Counted from the stretch's first letter, positions 41,568 through 52,325 are shown. The stretch: DNA of 64,000 nucleotides from Candidatus Poribacteria bacterium (GCA_965215265.1 OZ244048.1:3424001-3488000), one strand, 5' to 3'. Numbers and translations: made by a program. Notes: a model not told the origin generated them from the letters alone.

Positions 41568-42713
41568 TTAATACTCGCGTTTATGCCAATCTTCTTCCCA
41601 GAGGTTGAATGAACCTTCGCGGTACGGATGTTCAGCGATGAGTGCTTCGTTCAATTCCATGCCGAGTCCTGGTCCGTTAGGGAGACTAAAATAGCCATCA
41701 ATGACTTCTGGGCAGCCTATAGCTGCCTCTTTAACCCAGGCCTCAGAGAAATCGTTGAAATGCTCCTGGATTTTAAAATTTGGCGTTGCTGCAGCAAAGT
41801 GCAAAGCGGTTGCCGTAGAGACTGGGCCGCCAACGTTATGTGGTGCCACGGTCATGTAGCACATATCTGCCATCGCTGCTATTTTCTTCGTCTCGGACAA
41901 GCCCCCGGTTTGCGTAATGTCTGGCTGCAGGATATCCGCTGCTTGTAAATTAATCAATTCGCGGTATTCATATTTGTTGTGGAGCCGCTCACCTGTGGCA
42001 ACCGGTAGGTTTATCTTGTCTGCTGCTTTTGCAAGTGCTGCGATATTATCCGGTGGGACGGGCTCCTCAACCCAGCTCGGTTTGAATTGCTCAAGTTCAG
42101 TGGCAATCTCGATTGCGGTATAAGGACTAAACCTGCCGTGCATCTCGACGAGAATTTCAACATCTGCTCCGACAGCATCACGTACGGCTTCAACAAGCGA
42201 AACCGACTTCAATTTCTCTTCATAAGAGAGCTCATAGTAGCCTGCCCCGAACGGATCGAATTTGAGTGCCTTATACCCTTTCTCTAAAACTCTTTGGGCG
42301 GCGGCATGAAACTCTTCAGGCGTACGTTCGACGCGATACCATCCGTTGGCGTAGGCCTTGAGCGCGTTGCGGCATGCCCCCCCGATTAATCGGTATATAG
42401 GCTGGTTGAGTGCTTTGCCGATAATGTCCCAACATGCAATTTCAACGACGCTAATTCCTGTTGCGACGATTTCGCCTGCACGTCCGTAGTCGTTCCGGAA
42501 CATGCGCTGATAAAGGTCTTCGGTGTTGAAGGGATCGCGGCCAATGACGTGTCGTTTTTTCGCGCCATCCAGGTATGCCACGAGTGCATCGGTCCGGTTG
42601 TTCATCCGTACTTCGCTGATGCCTGTTAAGCCTTCATCGGTTTCTACTTTAACGAAGGTTAAATTCCGCCAACTTGTGCCCATCACCAAGGTTTTGACAT
42701 CTGTGATTTTCAT
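41568..42713 (-). CDS. Mandelate racemase/enolase superfamily acid-sugar dehydratase (DgoD-like)
   Basis: AYANGW, KFDPF, EMHGRF, WVEEP, ATGER, APHN. Confidence 0.85.
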   Translation of the reverse strand: MKITDVKTLVMGTSWRNLTFVKVETDEGLTGISEVRMNNRTDALVAYLDGAKKRHVIGRDPFNTEDLYQRMFRNDYGRAGEIVATGISVVEIACWDIIGKALNQPIYRLIGGACRNALKAYANGWYRVERTPEEFHAAAQRVLEKGYKALKFDPFGAGYYELSYEEKLKSVSLVEAVRDAVGADVEILVEMHGRFSPYTAIEIATELEQFKPSWVEEPVPPDNIAALAKAADKINLPVATGERLHNKYEYRELINLQAADILQPDITQTGGLSETKKIAAMADMCYMTVAPHNVGGPVSTATALHFAAATPNFKIQEHFNDFSEAWVKEAAIGCPEVIDGYFSLPNGPGLGMELNEALIAEHPYREGSFNLWEEDWHKREY

Positions 42714-42714
42714 A

Positions 42715-44082
42715 TTAGCTCCTCGCTTCAGCCTCTGTGATGCTACGCTGCCCACTCTGCTGCGTTGCTGCTTTTTCAATGGTTGGTGCCTCTTCGCCTG
42801 CTTCGAGCATCCGCCGAATCAACCGTTCCTGCATCACCTCTGTCACAATTTCATGTGATTGCAATCCGATGAGATTCCGCAATTCATACGGATCCGTCTG
42901 AAGGTCGTAGAGGTACTGTTCTACGTAATACGATGAACCGGCATCTCTGCTGCCGCTTTTCTTGGGTGCGTCAACACCGTATTTCCAACGTTGTGTACGC
43001 ACGGCCCGTCCGACTTGTGCTTCGCTGATTTGGACGAAGACCTCCTCCGGCCAGTCGTCCGTTCTTCTATGCACGAGTGGCAGGATAGATCTGCCTTGCA
43101 TTTCGCTTGGTACTGTGAGTCCTGCTGCATCCAGCAGCGTTGGTGGCAAATCAACAAGACTGACGAGTTGTTGGAGTTGTCCACCGCCAATGAAACTGGG
43201 CCCGTGAAAGGCAGTCGGAACGCGAATAGAGCTCTCATGGCATGAACGTTTATATTCACCGTTGCGGGTTTTAAAATGGCATCCGTGATCAGAAGTAAAG
43301 AGGATGATTGTATTGTCAAGCAGCTTGAGGCTTTTGAGTGCGTCGAGGATCCTTCCTAATGCTTCGTCGAGCCGTTTTACCATACCGTAGTAGCCGCCGA
43401 GGTGCTGGTGCGTTGAGCCGCCCAGTGCGGCGAGGTCCGGGGGTATCCACTTGCCTGTGTAGCGTTCACGATAACCGTCCGGTGGTGGATAATCGTCCAA
43501 ATGGTTCTGGTGATGTGGTTCAATGTATGAAGTAAAGAGGTAAAACGGCTCTTTTTTGTTGCTGTCAATGTAACGAATGACGGCATCGGTAAGTGCGTCA
43601 ACACGGTACCCGGGCAAGTCGACCGGCTGATTGTCATTATCGTAAAGTGTGGTTTGATAAGCATCGGACGTAAATTCCAAGACGTTAGAGGCCAACCAAT
43701 AGTCGTATCCGCCACGGTGCTGGGCAGGGACAGGTCCTGGGCCTGTCCCCCCGCTGTAGAGGTGCCATTTACCGATGTAGCCAGTGGCATAACCGGCCTC
43801 ACCGAAGTGATGCGCGAGCGTTTTAAGATTTGGGGATAGTGAAATCCCGTTGCGGAAGCAACCGGTGCGTGTTGCGTATAAACCGGTTTGTAGGCATGAT
43901 CTTGCAGGTCCGCACACCGGCTGGCAGGTAAATGAGCGGTGGACATGCGTTCCGCGCTGTGCGATGCGGTCGAAGTTCGGCATCAGGTCAAGCGGATTGC
44001 CGTGCAGTCCAGAGGTATCCCACCGCTGCTGGTCGGTGAAAAAAACGATAACATTGGGTTGATGGGCATCTGTTTGTGGCAT
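42715..44082 (-). CDS. Formylglycine-dependent sulfatase
   Basis: PNVIVFFTDQQR, CGPARSCLQTG (CxPxR), GKWHL, TSDHG. Confidence 0.92.
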   Translation of the reverse strand: MPQTDAHQPNVIVFFTDQQRWDTSGLHGNPLDLMPNFDRIAQRGTHVHRSFTCQPVCGPARSCLQTGLYATRTGCFRNGISLSPNLKTLAHHFGEAGYATGYIGKWHLYSGGTGPGPVPAQHRGGYDYWLASNVLEFTSDAYQTTLYDNDNQPVDLPGYRVDALTDAVIRYIDSNKKEPFYLFTSYIEPHHQNHLDDYPPPDGYRERYTGKWIPPDLAALGGSTHQHLGGYYGMVKRLDEALGRILDALKSLKLLDNTIILFTSDHGCHFKTRNGEYKRSCHESSIRVPTAFHGPSFIGGGQLQQLVSLVDLPPTLLDAAGLTVPSEMQGRSILPLVHRRTDDWPEEVFVQISEAQVGRAVRTQRWKYGVDAPKKSGSRDAGSSYYVEQYLYDLQTDPYELRNLIGLQSHEIVTEVMQERLIRRMLEAGEEAPTIEKAATQQSGQRSITEAEARS

Positions 44083-44150
44083 AGCATTCTCCTTAATCTG
44101 TAATCGCTGTCTATTTTAACAGATGCGAAGGAATTTTCGCAACTTTTTTC

Positions 44151-45119
44151 TTGCAAGCAAGACGGCTTTATGATAAATTTAAGGGAAACAGAAAGTGGAC
44201 GGATTCTATTATTGTGAAGGTTTTGATTAACATCGTGCACGGCATCATCGGTGCCGTTGTCATATCCGTTTTCTGCATCTGGCGGGTTGGTAGTTTCGGG
44301 GAAGCACGCCATACCATCAGCATCATCGGTGCTATTGTCATCGCAATTGCTGGGCTATATTTGCTCCGCAGCCGTTGGATTCGCTGGGGGAGTAGACAAC
44401 TCTGGCTGAAATACCATCAACGGTTTGCTTCGTTAGGGTTGTGCCTAGTGCTTGTTCACTCTGCATTTCAGCCGCTTATGTGGCACTCGTGGCTGACGTT
44501 TTTGCTCGCACTATTGAATTTGGGTACCGGTATCGCTGTCAGTTTCACGGTGCGTCGTACGCGGCAGTTATTGCTTCGGTGCCATCTTGTCCTTGCACCG
44601 ATTCTACTCATCAGTATTGTTTTCCATGGACAACAAAAATTGGAGCATGACGGATTCTTTCCGCTCACCGACGTGCACGATGTGCCTTGTGCGAGGTGTC
44701 ATACGTCTGGAGCCCTGCTATTCCATGTGGATGGGTTCCTTCAACAAGAATTAGATACGGCTAAAACCGTTCCGGATGATATCCATTGGCAGTTCTCACT
44801 ACAAGAGATTAATATTGAACAAACTGCCCAGCTCTCTGTGAAAACCGAGGGGCAAGCTTGGAAGGTTAAAGCAGGTGCCCGTGTCTATCATATAGGCGTG
44901 TTAGAAAACAGTGAGAAGCTCGGCGTTTATGCCGATTCTGCTTATCGCAGCTACACGTGCGTTGTGTGCCATGAGCATAATACGCCGGCGCTCCGCACAG
45001 CACACGAGTTACATGGAGTGGCTGAATTCCATAGATGCCTTGTCTGCCATCAGACTGAAATTGCTGGTAAAAAATACGGAAGACAGCGCGTCAATTGGGA
45101 CTATGACCCGAATTGGTGA
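44151..45119 (+). CDS. Membrane protein with His-containing TM helices and three CxxCH motifs (cytochrome b/c-like)
   Basis: About five hydrophobic segments with His; CARCH, CVVCH, CLVCH. Start uncertain. Confidence 0.7.
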   Translation: MQARRLYDKFKGNRKWTDSIIVKVLINIVHGIIGAVVISVFCIWRVGSFGEARHTISIIGAIVIAIAGLYLLRSRWIRWGSRQLWLKYHQRFASLGLCLVLVHSAFQPLMWHSWLTFLLALLNLGTGIAVSFTVRRTRQLLLRCHLVLAPILLISIVFHGQQKLEHDGFFPLTDVHDVPCARCHTSGALLFHVDGFLQQELDTAKTVPDDIHWQFSLQEINIEQTAQLSVKTEGQAWKVKAGARVYHIGVLENSEKLGVYADSAYRSYTCVVCHEHNTPALRTAHELHGVAEFHRCLVCHQTEIAGKKYGRQRVNWDYDPNW

Positions 45120-45138
45120 CGAACATATAGAAACTGAT

Positions 45139-46098
45139 TTAAGTTAACAAATGGTACAACTGTGGGACAGTGACCGAGAAATCGCCGGAAATATGGTAGC
45201 TCTCTCCTCCATCCTTGACGGTGCGGATGAGAATCGTTTTCTTAGGCCGGTGGTAGTAGTGTGCGTCGGTAGGATTACCCTCTTCTTGGAAATCCGGAAA
45301 ATCGATCAGGTCGAAGTTAGCGGTGGTGAAATGTCGGATTTCCTCGCCCCTCTGTGCAGCGATATTGCGTGCCATGGAGAGGCTTTTGAGGTAGACCTCG
45401 GGTCCCATGACAGCGGACCCTAAGTTTAGGAAAACGCCGCCTTCCAATTGTGAGATGCTGTGTGCGAATCTCAAGAAATCTACGCCCGTGGTCGAGCCCA
45501 TTGCGGCGTAATCGGCAGCAGGATGCTGGTCGATGATGTCATAGCCGATGCCTTTGTGAACGGTGAAGGGTATCCTGAACCTATATGCGGCGGCAAACAT
45601 GCTAACATCGCGGTACGGAAACGGGATGTTTTCTTCGCCCTCTTGAATTAAGCGTCCGACTGCTTCGCCGAAGCCGAGCTTGTCGCGATGTGCTCGCACA
45701 ATTGCTTCATTCAGATATCGGCCGGTTTCCTCCCAGTTGCCAAACTTTCCATCCCAAATGTACTGTTCTACATCTTCAAGGGTTGCGCCGATGTGGGCGA
45801 GTTCAAAATCGTGTATAGCGCATGCCCCGTTGGAAGCGATATGTGTAATTAACCCACGTTCCATCAAATCTATGATAAACCGCGAGTTGCCGCAGCGCAT
45901 CACATGCGCGCCCATCATCCAGATGACTGGCTTAGCACGGCGAGAGGCTGCCATAATCCGATCGGCAACAACAGAAAGCCGGTCATTCTGATACGGCGGG
46001 ATTTCGGCATTCAGTGGATAGACATCTGCCACGCTCATTTTATGCTTGCGTTCGGAGAGAGGTAGGATTTTTAAGTGATTGCGGTTAAGGTAGTGCAT
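45139..46098 (-). CDS. Conserved protein, probably deoxyhypusine-synthase-like fold
   Basis: MMGAHV..CG, HIASNGACAIHDFELA, LNLGSAVMGPEVYLK; family recalled from memory. Confidence 0.5.
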   Translation of the reverse strand: MHYLNRNHLKILPLSERKHKMSVADVYPLNAEIPPYQNDRLSVVADRIMAASRRAKPVIWMMGAHVMRCGNSRFIIDLMERGLITHIASNGACAIHDFELAHIGATLEDVEQYIWDGKFGNWEETGRYLNEAIVRAHRDKLGFGEAVGRLIQEGEENIPFPYRDVSMFAAAYRFRIPFTVHKGIGYDIIDQHPAADYAAMGSTTGVDFLRFAHSISQLEGGVFLNLGSAVMGPEVYLKSLSMARNIAAQRGEEIRHFTTANFDLIDFPDFQEEGNPTDAHYYHRPKKTILIRTVKDGGESYHISGDFSVTVPQLYHLLT

Positions 46099-46461
46099 AA
46101 TCTATTATCCGTTTTTCAAGGCTGGATTGGCGTATCAGTTTGGAGGTGTCGTGGACTTTACTTTTTTTAATCGGGTTGAACGGGAGTGGCCCAGTGCAGC
46201 CCGGGCGGCACGCCTGAAACTCACAATTGCCGGTCACTTAGCAGCATTAAGGCAGAAACCACGCGTTCTCACATCGCAACGGTTCGCGGAGGAGAAGCGG
46301 TTACGGATGACCAAAGGAGTAGATAGAAAACCGCAGCTGTAAATTTCAGCCCTATCCGTTGACTAAAAAAACAAGTTAGGATTATGGGTTTAGATAATCA
46401 AAAAACTTACCTAAGCGCAGTGGGATATCGAAACTCCTAATTACGCTGCGTGATGGTAAGC

Positions 46462-49400
46462 CTATTCAGCAAACTTCGCTGAGACAATCTTTGACATCCC
46501 TGCTTGTTCCATCGTCACGCCGTACATGATGTCGGCGATTTCCATAGTGCGTCGGTTGTGCGTGATAATGACAAACTGTGTATTCTCTGCATAAGTTCGG
46601 ATGAGATTGGTGAATCTTAGGACATTTGCCTCGTCAAGTGCTGCATCCACTTCGTCAAGTACACAGAAGGGGCTCGGCTTGATTTTGAAGACAGCAAATA
46701 GGAGCCCGATTGCGACAAGTGAACGTTCGCCGCCTGAAAGTTGTGTGATGCTCTGGGGGCGTTTGCCGGGTGGACGTGCAATAATCTCAATACCAGATTC
46801 AAGGACATCGGATGCGTCAGTTAACAACAACTCGGTTTCGCCGCCCCCGAAGAGTTGTGCGAACACCTCTTGGAAGTTAGTTTGGACCTGTTCAAACGTT
46901 TTCAGGAATACGTCCCTTGAGGTCTGGTTAATTTTCCGGATCGCCTGATAGGTAGCTTGGATAGACTGCTCCACATCGGTGCGTTGCGCGACAAGGAAAT
47001 CGTACCGCTCCTTATGCTCTGCGTGTGCCTCAATGGCCTTTAGGTTGACAGCCCCCATCGCCTCTAATTCCGCCTTCAACTTTTCAGTCGTATCCATCAA
47101 ATAGGCCTCTGTAATTTCTTCAATCGATTGATGTTGGAGCCGGGCATGCTCAGTTATCGTCACCTGATATTTATCAAAGGTCTGTGTTGAGATAGACTTG
47201 ATTTGCATCTCAAGTTGGGTGGTGGTTACTTCGAGTTGATGTCGTTTGCGGTTCTGCTTATCAAACTGTCTTCGGAGTGTGCGTGTCTGCTTCTGCTGGT
47301 GGGTTATTTGTTCGATGAGGGTTTGGCGTTCTTCAGTTAGTTCCTCAAGTTCAGCTTCCGATTCAGCGCGATTTCCTTCGGTGCGTAGGAATTGGCGCTG
47401 TGCTTCTGCAATTTGTTCTCCGAGATCGAATTTTGTTTGTTCGTCGTCATCTATAATAGTTTGTTGTGCTTTGATGTTCTCCGCGGTTTGTCGTTGTGTT
47501 TCCTCAATTGTGCTTAATTCGGATTTCAAACTTTCCAATTTCTGCCGTTGTCCTGCGAGGAAGATCTCCATCTTTTGACAGCCGTCTGCGACTTCTTCCC
47601 GTTTTCGGTTTTCACTGTGAATCTGCTCGTTCATCCGTTGGACGCGTCGTTGGTTCTGGGTCCGTTTTTTCTCAAGTTCAGTAATTTCATCAGCGAGTTC
47701 TTGTTGTTGTTGGCGAGATAGCTCTACGGCTTGGTGGAGATTCTTATTTTCCATCTCCACTTCAGCGAGTTGGCGTTTTAGGCGTGTGACGAGAAGATTC
47801 GCTTGTTCCAGTTCTTTGGTTAAAGCAGCTTTCTCGACTCTTTTATTTTGCCATTGTGCCGTAAGTTTCTGCCGGGTCTGTTGCAATTCGGCCAATTTAG
47901 CGGCATATTTTTTTCGAGCATCATCCTTTTCAGCAACCGTCCGCGTCAACTTCCGAATTTTATTTTCAAGTCCTTCAAGTTCGCGTGAACGTGTGAGCAA
48001 TCCACTCTTCTTTTGGCTGGTCTGTCCGCCGGTGATAGCCCCGGAGGTATTAATGACTTCACCATCAAGTGTAACTAAGCGTGCCGTAGGACGGAACCGG
48101 CGTGTCAGTGCGACGGCTGCATCCAGTTCTTCGGTGATGAGCGTATTGCCGAGGAGATGCTGAATAGCGATTTCATACTTGCTGTTGTAATCAACGAGTT
48201 CTTCTGCGATGCCGATGACTCCCGGTTCGTATAAAAGTGTATCGTCGGAAAAGGTTCGTCCGCGCAAGATGTCGAGGGGGAGGAATGTGACTCTACCTGC
48301 CCGGTGCTTCTTGAGGAAGGCAATGGCACTTTCAGCATCTTCAGCGGTTTCTGTGATAACATTCTGTATGGCACTGCCGAGGGCGACCTCTATAGCGGTT
48401 TCGTAGTCTGTATCCGTGCTGATTAATTCCGCCACGATGCCACAAATTCCGTGAAATTGTGCTGGGTAGTGGTGCTTTGCCTGCATAATTGCACGAACAC
48501 CAGTGTAATATCCTTCATAGGCGGATTGCAATTCCTGCAAGGATTTGAGTCGTGAGACATTCATGCCTAACGTTTCTTGTAATCCGCGCATTTCGGATTC
48601 GGCTTTTCGGAGTTTTTCTTGGTTCTCGTTCAGGGCGGCTTCGGTTTGATTTTTGTGTGTCTCAATCTGAAGGAGTTCCGCCTTCAATTGCGTCTCAGCG
48701 TGTTGTGCTGCTGCGTAGGTGTCAGTTACGGTTTTTAGTTCTGCGTTGACAGCATCAGCATTCTCAGAGATGCGGTTAAGGTTGCTCTCTGTGTTTTTCA
48801 GGCTGTGTTCGATAGATAATCGTCTGCTTTCATGCTGTGTCAAACTGGTTGTGATGTCTTGGAGAAGAGTTTCCGTCTCCTCGACAATCTGCCTCGCGCT
48901 TCTGGTACGTGAGGCTAAGTCGTTTAAAAGTTGTTGTCTTCCTGTTAAGCGGTTCTCTTCAACCTTGATAGAGGCTGCGAGTTTGCTATATTCTTGCGTC
49001 TGTTCCTTTTTGCGTGTTAAAAGGTTAGCTTGCTGTCTGTTTAAAGATTCAAGGGTTTCAAGGGCGCGCTGCCGTTGTTGTTGGATGTTCAATTGGCGTT
49101 CTTTGTGGAGGATTATCTGACGTTCAATTTTCTCAATTTGCGCTGATATCTCTTGCAGTGTCTGGGTTGCAGCAGTGATGGCGGTATCAAGTTCGGCCCG
49201 GCGGCTGGTGGCGTGCTCAATCCGTTCTTCACCCGCTTGTAGCTGCTGATTTGCCGCCTCTAGTTGGAAGATTACCGTGTCTAAGTCGGACTGGGTTTCG
49301 CGATACTCTGTTGCCAGTTTTTCGTACTCACGGCAAGCGAGACTTAGTTCTAATTGCTGTAATTCTTGTTGAAGTTTTTGATAGTGTTCGGCTTGTTCAG

Positions 49401-50025
49401 CTTGTGCTTTGAGAGATTCCGTTTCGTGCTGTAATTCCTGAATGACATCATTGATACGAACCAGGTTCTGTTCGGTCTCTTCCAATTTACGGATGGCAGT
49501 CTTCTTGCGGTGCTTATACTTGGTGATGCCAGCGACTTCGTCAAACAGGAAGCGCCGTTCTTCCGGCCGCACGTTAAGGATGAGATCTATTTTGCTCTGT
49601 TCCATGACGGAGTAAGCGTCAACGCCAACGCCGGTGTCCATAAAGAGCTCGGTGATATCACGTAACCTGCACGGTGTTTGATTAATAAGGTAGCTGCTTT
49701 CTCCGTTGCGAGTGAGTTGTCGAGACACTTCTACATGGGGCACCGCGAATTTAAGATTCTGGGCTATATTTGAAAAGGCGAGTGAGACGCTTGCTTTTTG
49801 CGCAGGTTTGAACTGAGCACCGCCGTTGAAAAGGAGCTCGCGCATATTAGCGCATCGAAGTGCACGGGCACTCTGTTGTCCTAACACCCAGCGAATTGCA
49901 TCAGAGACATTGCTTTTACCGCAGCCATTAGGCCCGACAATCGTCGTGATACCCGGTTCCAATATCAATTCAACCTCTTCGGCGAAACTCTTGAATCCGC
50001 TAATTTTGATGCTATTTAAGTGCAA
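46462..50025 (-). CDS. smc: Chromosome segregation protein SMC
   Basis: GFKSF, GPNGCGKSN, coiled coils, hinge GRVTFLPL, LSGGE, LDEVDAALD; AAAGGAG before TTG 50025. Confidence 0.97.
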   Translation of the reverse strand: MHLNSIKISGFKSFAEEVELILEPGITTIVGPNGCGKSNVSDAIRWVLGQQSARALRCANMRELLFNGGAQFKPAQKASVSLAFSNIAQNLKFAVPHVEVSRQLTRNGESSYLINQTPCRLRDITELFMDTGVGVDAYSVMEQSKIDLILNVRPEERRFLFDEVAGITKYKHRKKTAIRKLEETEQNLVRINDVIQELQHETESLKAQAEQAEHYQKLQQELQQLELSLACREYEKLATEYRETQSDLDTVIFQLEAANQQLQAGEERIEHATSRRAELDTAITAATQTLQEISAQIEKIERQIILHKERQLNIQQQRQRALETLESLNRQQANLLTRKKEQTQEYSKLAASIKVEENRLTGRQQLLNDLASRTRSARQIVEETETLLQDITTSLTQHESRRLSIEHSLKNTESNLNRISENADAVNAELKTVTDTYAAAQHAETQLKAELLQIETHKNQTEAALNENQEKLRKAESEMRGLQETLGMNVSRLKSLQELQSAYEGYYTGVRAIMQAKHHYPAQFHGICGIVAELISTDTDYETAIEVALGSAIQNVITETAEDAESAIAFLKKHRAGRVTFLPLDILRGRTFSDDTLLYEPGVIGIAEELVDYNSKYEIAIQHLLGNTLITEELDAAVALTRRFRPTARLVTLDGEVINTSGAITGGQTSQKKSGLLTRSRELEGLENKIRKLTRTVAEKDDARKKYAAKLAELQQTRQKLTAQWQNKRVEKAALTKELEQANLLVTRLKRQLAEVEMENKNLHQAVELSRQQQQELADEITELEKKRTQNQRRVQRMNEQIHSENRKREEVADGCQKMEIFLAGQRQKLESLKSELSTIEETQRQTAENIKAQQTIIDDDEQTKFDLGEQIAEAQRQFLRTEGNRAESEAELEELTEERQTLIEQITHQQKQTRTLRRQFDKQNRKRHQLEVTTTQLEMQIKSISTQTFDKYQVTITEHARLQHQSIEEITEAYLMDTTEKLKAELEAMGAVNLKAIEAHAEHKERYDFLVAQRTDVEQSIQATYQAIRKINQTSRDVFLKTFEQVQTNFQEVFAQLFGGGETELLLTDASDVLESGIEIIARPPGKRPQSITQLSGGERSLVAIGLLFAVFKIKPSPFCVLDEVDAALDEANVLRFTNLIRTYAENTQFVIITHNRRTMEIADIMYGVTMEQAGMSKIVSAKFAE

Positions 50026-50051
50026 AGGGAAATCTCCTTTCAATTCTTTCT

Positions 50052-50114
50052 TTCGTCTACTGCAGCCCAATAAAGGCGTTTGTTATGTAAAAACCTGTAA
50101 AAATCTCGTCGGAG
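50052..50114. repeat. Degenerate repeat arm upstream of smc
   Basis: TTCGTCTACT...ATAAAGGC...AAAACCT...AAATCTCGTCGGAG matches the reverse complement of the right arm at 13290-13366. Confidence 0.6.
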
Positions 50115-50425
50115 GGTTCTGATGTTTAGATTCAAAACATGTCCGCAAGAAGCCTAAACGGATGCTCAAATTTTAGTTCATACAGTTTTCTAGGGAATGA
50201 ATCCTATTGCTTATTACGTTAAGTAAAGGTGTCTCGTTTCAAATTCTTATTTTTTGTTATCTGAAAGCGATAAAGCGAGATGAACGTCAAACTTCTCGCC
50301 TCCATTTCCCCAGAGGCTTTTTGAACGATTCCTTGAACAGAAGCTTACACGGACACCGTTTAGCTGATCCGGTTGGAGTCTTTATCAATATCGCTTAGCG
50401 GTTCAGATATTCGCCATCACGGTTT

Positions 50426-50503
50426 TTCGTATATCTCCGTACCGTCAACGTTTATGTCGTGAGTACTCGTGTGTAAATCTCATCGGAGATGACTTAGGTA
50501 TAG
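50426..50503. repeat. Repeat arm downstream of comF
   Basis: TTCGTATATCTCCGTACCGTCAACGTTTATGTCGTGAGTACTCGTGTGTAAATCTC, near-identical to 18411-18465. Confidence 0.85.
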
Positions 50504-50536
50504 TCGCTTTTTAGAGATATGTTATGGATTCTGATG

Positions 50537-51328
50537 CTATGACGTTTTAGCAGCTGCTGTGCGTGCCAACGTGAGCACGTCAATTTCGGCCGGATCTGCG
50601 CGCCATAGTACCTTTACTGCCTCCTGAACAGTTGCACCGGTGGTAAAAACATCGTCAACGAGCAGGAGCTGTTTTCCACGCACGCTTTCTACCTTACGAA
50701 GTGCAAAAGCTTCGCTGATATTTTCTTGTCGTGCTTTTCTACCACTAAGGTTGCTCTGCTGCTGTGTATCTTTATCTCGAATGAGGGTATCTGTTACAAC
50801 CGGCACGTTTGTTGTGTTTGCAATTCCTTTAGCGAGGAGTGTAGCTTGATTGAATCCGCGTTCGCGCAGTCTATTTTTATGTATCGGTATCGGTATGATA
50901 ACGTCATAGTCCTCGATTCGGCAGTCAGTCGGAAGATTGGCTGTCATGAGTTGAATCAGCGGTTTTGCCAGTGCCGTTCTCTTTTCAAACTTAAAAAGGT
51001 GTATTGCCTGACGGAGTGTCCCTTGATAAAAAGCGATCGTCCGAAGTTTTCCGTATCGTGGAGGCTTACGTGCACATTCATCGCAGGTATTCGCTTGAGA
51101 TGATGCATGCGGGTGTTTGTCAGAATAGAGTGGTACACCACAGATGTCACAGCAAGGTGGTTGGAGCAATTGAATATCGTGCCAGCATGCATCACATAAG
51201 TACGGAATTGACTCAAGCCCGATGAATTTTTCGCAACCCCGGCATTGTGCTGGATAGAGGAACGTAATGAACGTTTCAACGGTATGTCGAAAAATATTCA
51301 GAGACTTTAACTGAGGCAGCTGCTTCAT
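50537..51328 (-). CDS. comF: ComF family protein (double zinc ribbon plus PRTase fold)
   Basis: Four CxxC pairs, PIPIH..RLRERGFNQ, LLVDDVFTTGAT. Start taken as ATG 51328. Confidence 0.88.
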   Translation of the reverse strand: MKQLPQLKSLNIFRHTVETFITFLYPAQCRGCEKFIGLESIPYLCDACWHDIQLLQPPCCDICGVPLYSDKHPHASSQANTCDECARKPPRYGKLRTIAFYQGTLRQAIHLFKFEKRTALAKPLIQLMTANLPTDCRIEDYDVIIPIPIHKNRLRERGFNQATLLAKGIANTTNVPVVTDTLIRDKDTQQQSNLSGRKARQENISEAFALRKVESVRGKQLLLVDDVFTTGATVQEAVKVLWRADPAEIDVLTLARTAAAKTS

Positions 51329-51356
51329 AATGAAAATCTCATATAGGTATTGGTGT

Positions 51357-52325
51357 TTACAGTTGGATTCTGCCCTTGATTGCCTGTTCAGCTGCGAGGC
51401 TGATGCGGATTGCCTCAAGCGCGACCTCAGCGTCTTCCAGACAAGGCTGCTGATGCGCTGCATTCCGGATTTCAGAGAACCAGAGCTCTTGCAGAGTTGG
51501 TTGCGGCGAGTTAAGGATACGGATAGTTTCGATGCCTGAAGGCGTTGAACAGTGCCATGCATCTCCGTCGTTGCTGAGTGTGCCGCCCGTGAGAACATAT
51601 CTAATATGTTGTTCAGCGGCATTAATCGGTATACCGCCTGCCCAGGTCCACTGTCCAATGCCCCCGCGCTTGAATTCCACAGTGAGCGTGTTGACGAAAC
51701 TGCGGTATTGGCCGCTTTCGGTTAATCCTTCGTAGGCAGCACTACTTTCTACCGACGTAGCGCAGCCAAAGCAATCAACGATAGGATAGATATGGTAAAT
51801 AAAGAAGTGCACGGGCATTCCGGAAACGTGTAGATTAAATAAAATCTCAGGTCGAGCGCCGCGCCCGGGGGTTAACCTCACAAAAGAGGTGAGCTGCAAT
51901 GTACCGAGCTCACTTATTTTCTGCTTAAGTGCTTTATGGGTATTAGAGACGACTTCCGGGTGTGAAACGCGTAGTACACGTTTCCGTGCTTTCGCGAGTT
52001 CCAGTGCTGCTTCGCCTTCACGGATATCGCTGGCGAGCGGATATTCTACAAAGACATGTTTATCGGCTTTCAACGCAGCAAGGGCAATTGCGCCGTGGCT
52101 GTCGTTATGTGTGCATATCACTACCGCCTTTATATCGTTACGTTCAACCAATTGTGTCCACTCAGGAATAAACGTTGCGGTACATTGAGCAGCAAGCTGC
52201 CGTCCAGTTTGTTGGTTTCTGGAAGCTATCGCCACCACCTCTGCGGTTTCCATTGACGCAAACTGTTCCAGATGATGGCGTGCCATACCTCCAGAGCCGA
52301 TAATTCCGACTTTAATGTGGTTCAT
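51357..52325 (-). CDS. Gfo/Idh/MocA family oxidoreductase
   Basis: VGIIGSGGMA, KHVFVEYP. Confidence 0.85.
   Translation of the reverse strand: MNHIKVGIIGSGGMARHHLEQFASMETAEVVAIASRNQQTGRQLAAQCTATFIPEWTQLVERNDIKAVVICTHNDSHGAIALAALKADKHVFVEYPLASDIREGEAALELAKARKRVLRVSHPEVVSNTHKALKQKISELGTLQLTSFVRLTPGRGARPEILFNLHVSGMPVHFFIYHIYPIVDCFGCATSVESSAAYEGLTESGQYRSFVNTLTVEFKRGGIGQWTWAGGIPINAAEQHIRYVLTGGTLSNDGDAWHCSTPSGIETIRILNSPQPTLQELWFSEIRNAAHQQPCLEDAEVALEAIRISLAAEQAIKGRIQL

Noticed and set aside
42377-42383. C7 run as another phase-variable tract
   Set aside because: It encodes Gly-Gly-Ala in an intact enolase-family gene and lacks the TGTTAAG flank.
46099-46461. 6S RNA or other named ncRNA
   Set aside because: I could not find convincing terminal pairing or a recognisable consensus; kept only as a low-interest unexplained spacer.
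51329-51658. N-terminal extension of the 373-aa ComF ORF
   Set aside because: It overlaps the upstream oxidoreductase gene in another frame; ComF similarity starts after ATG 51328.
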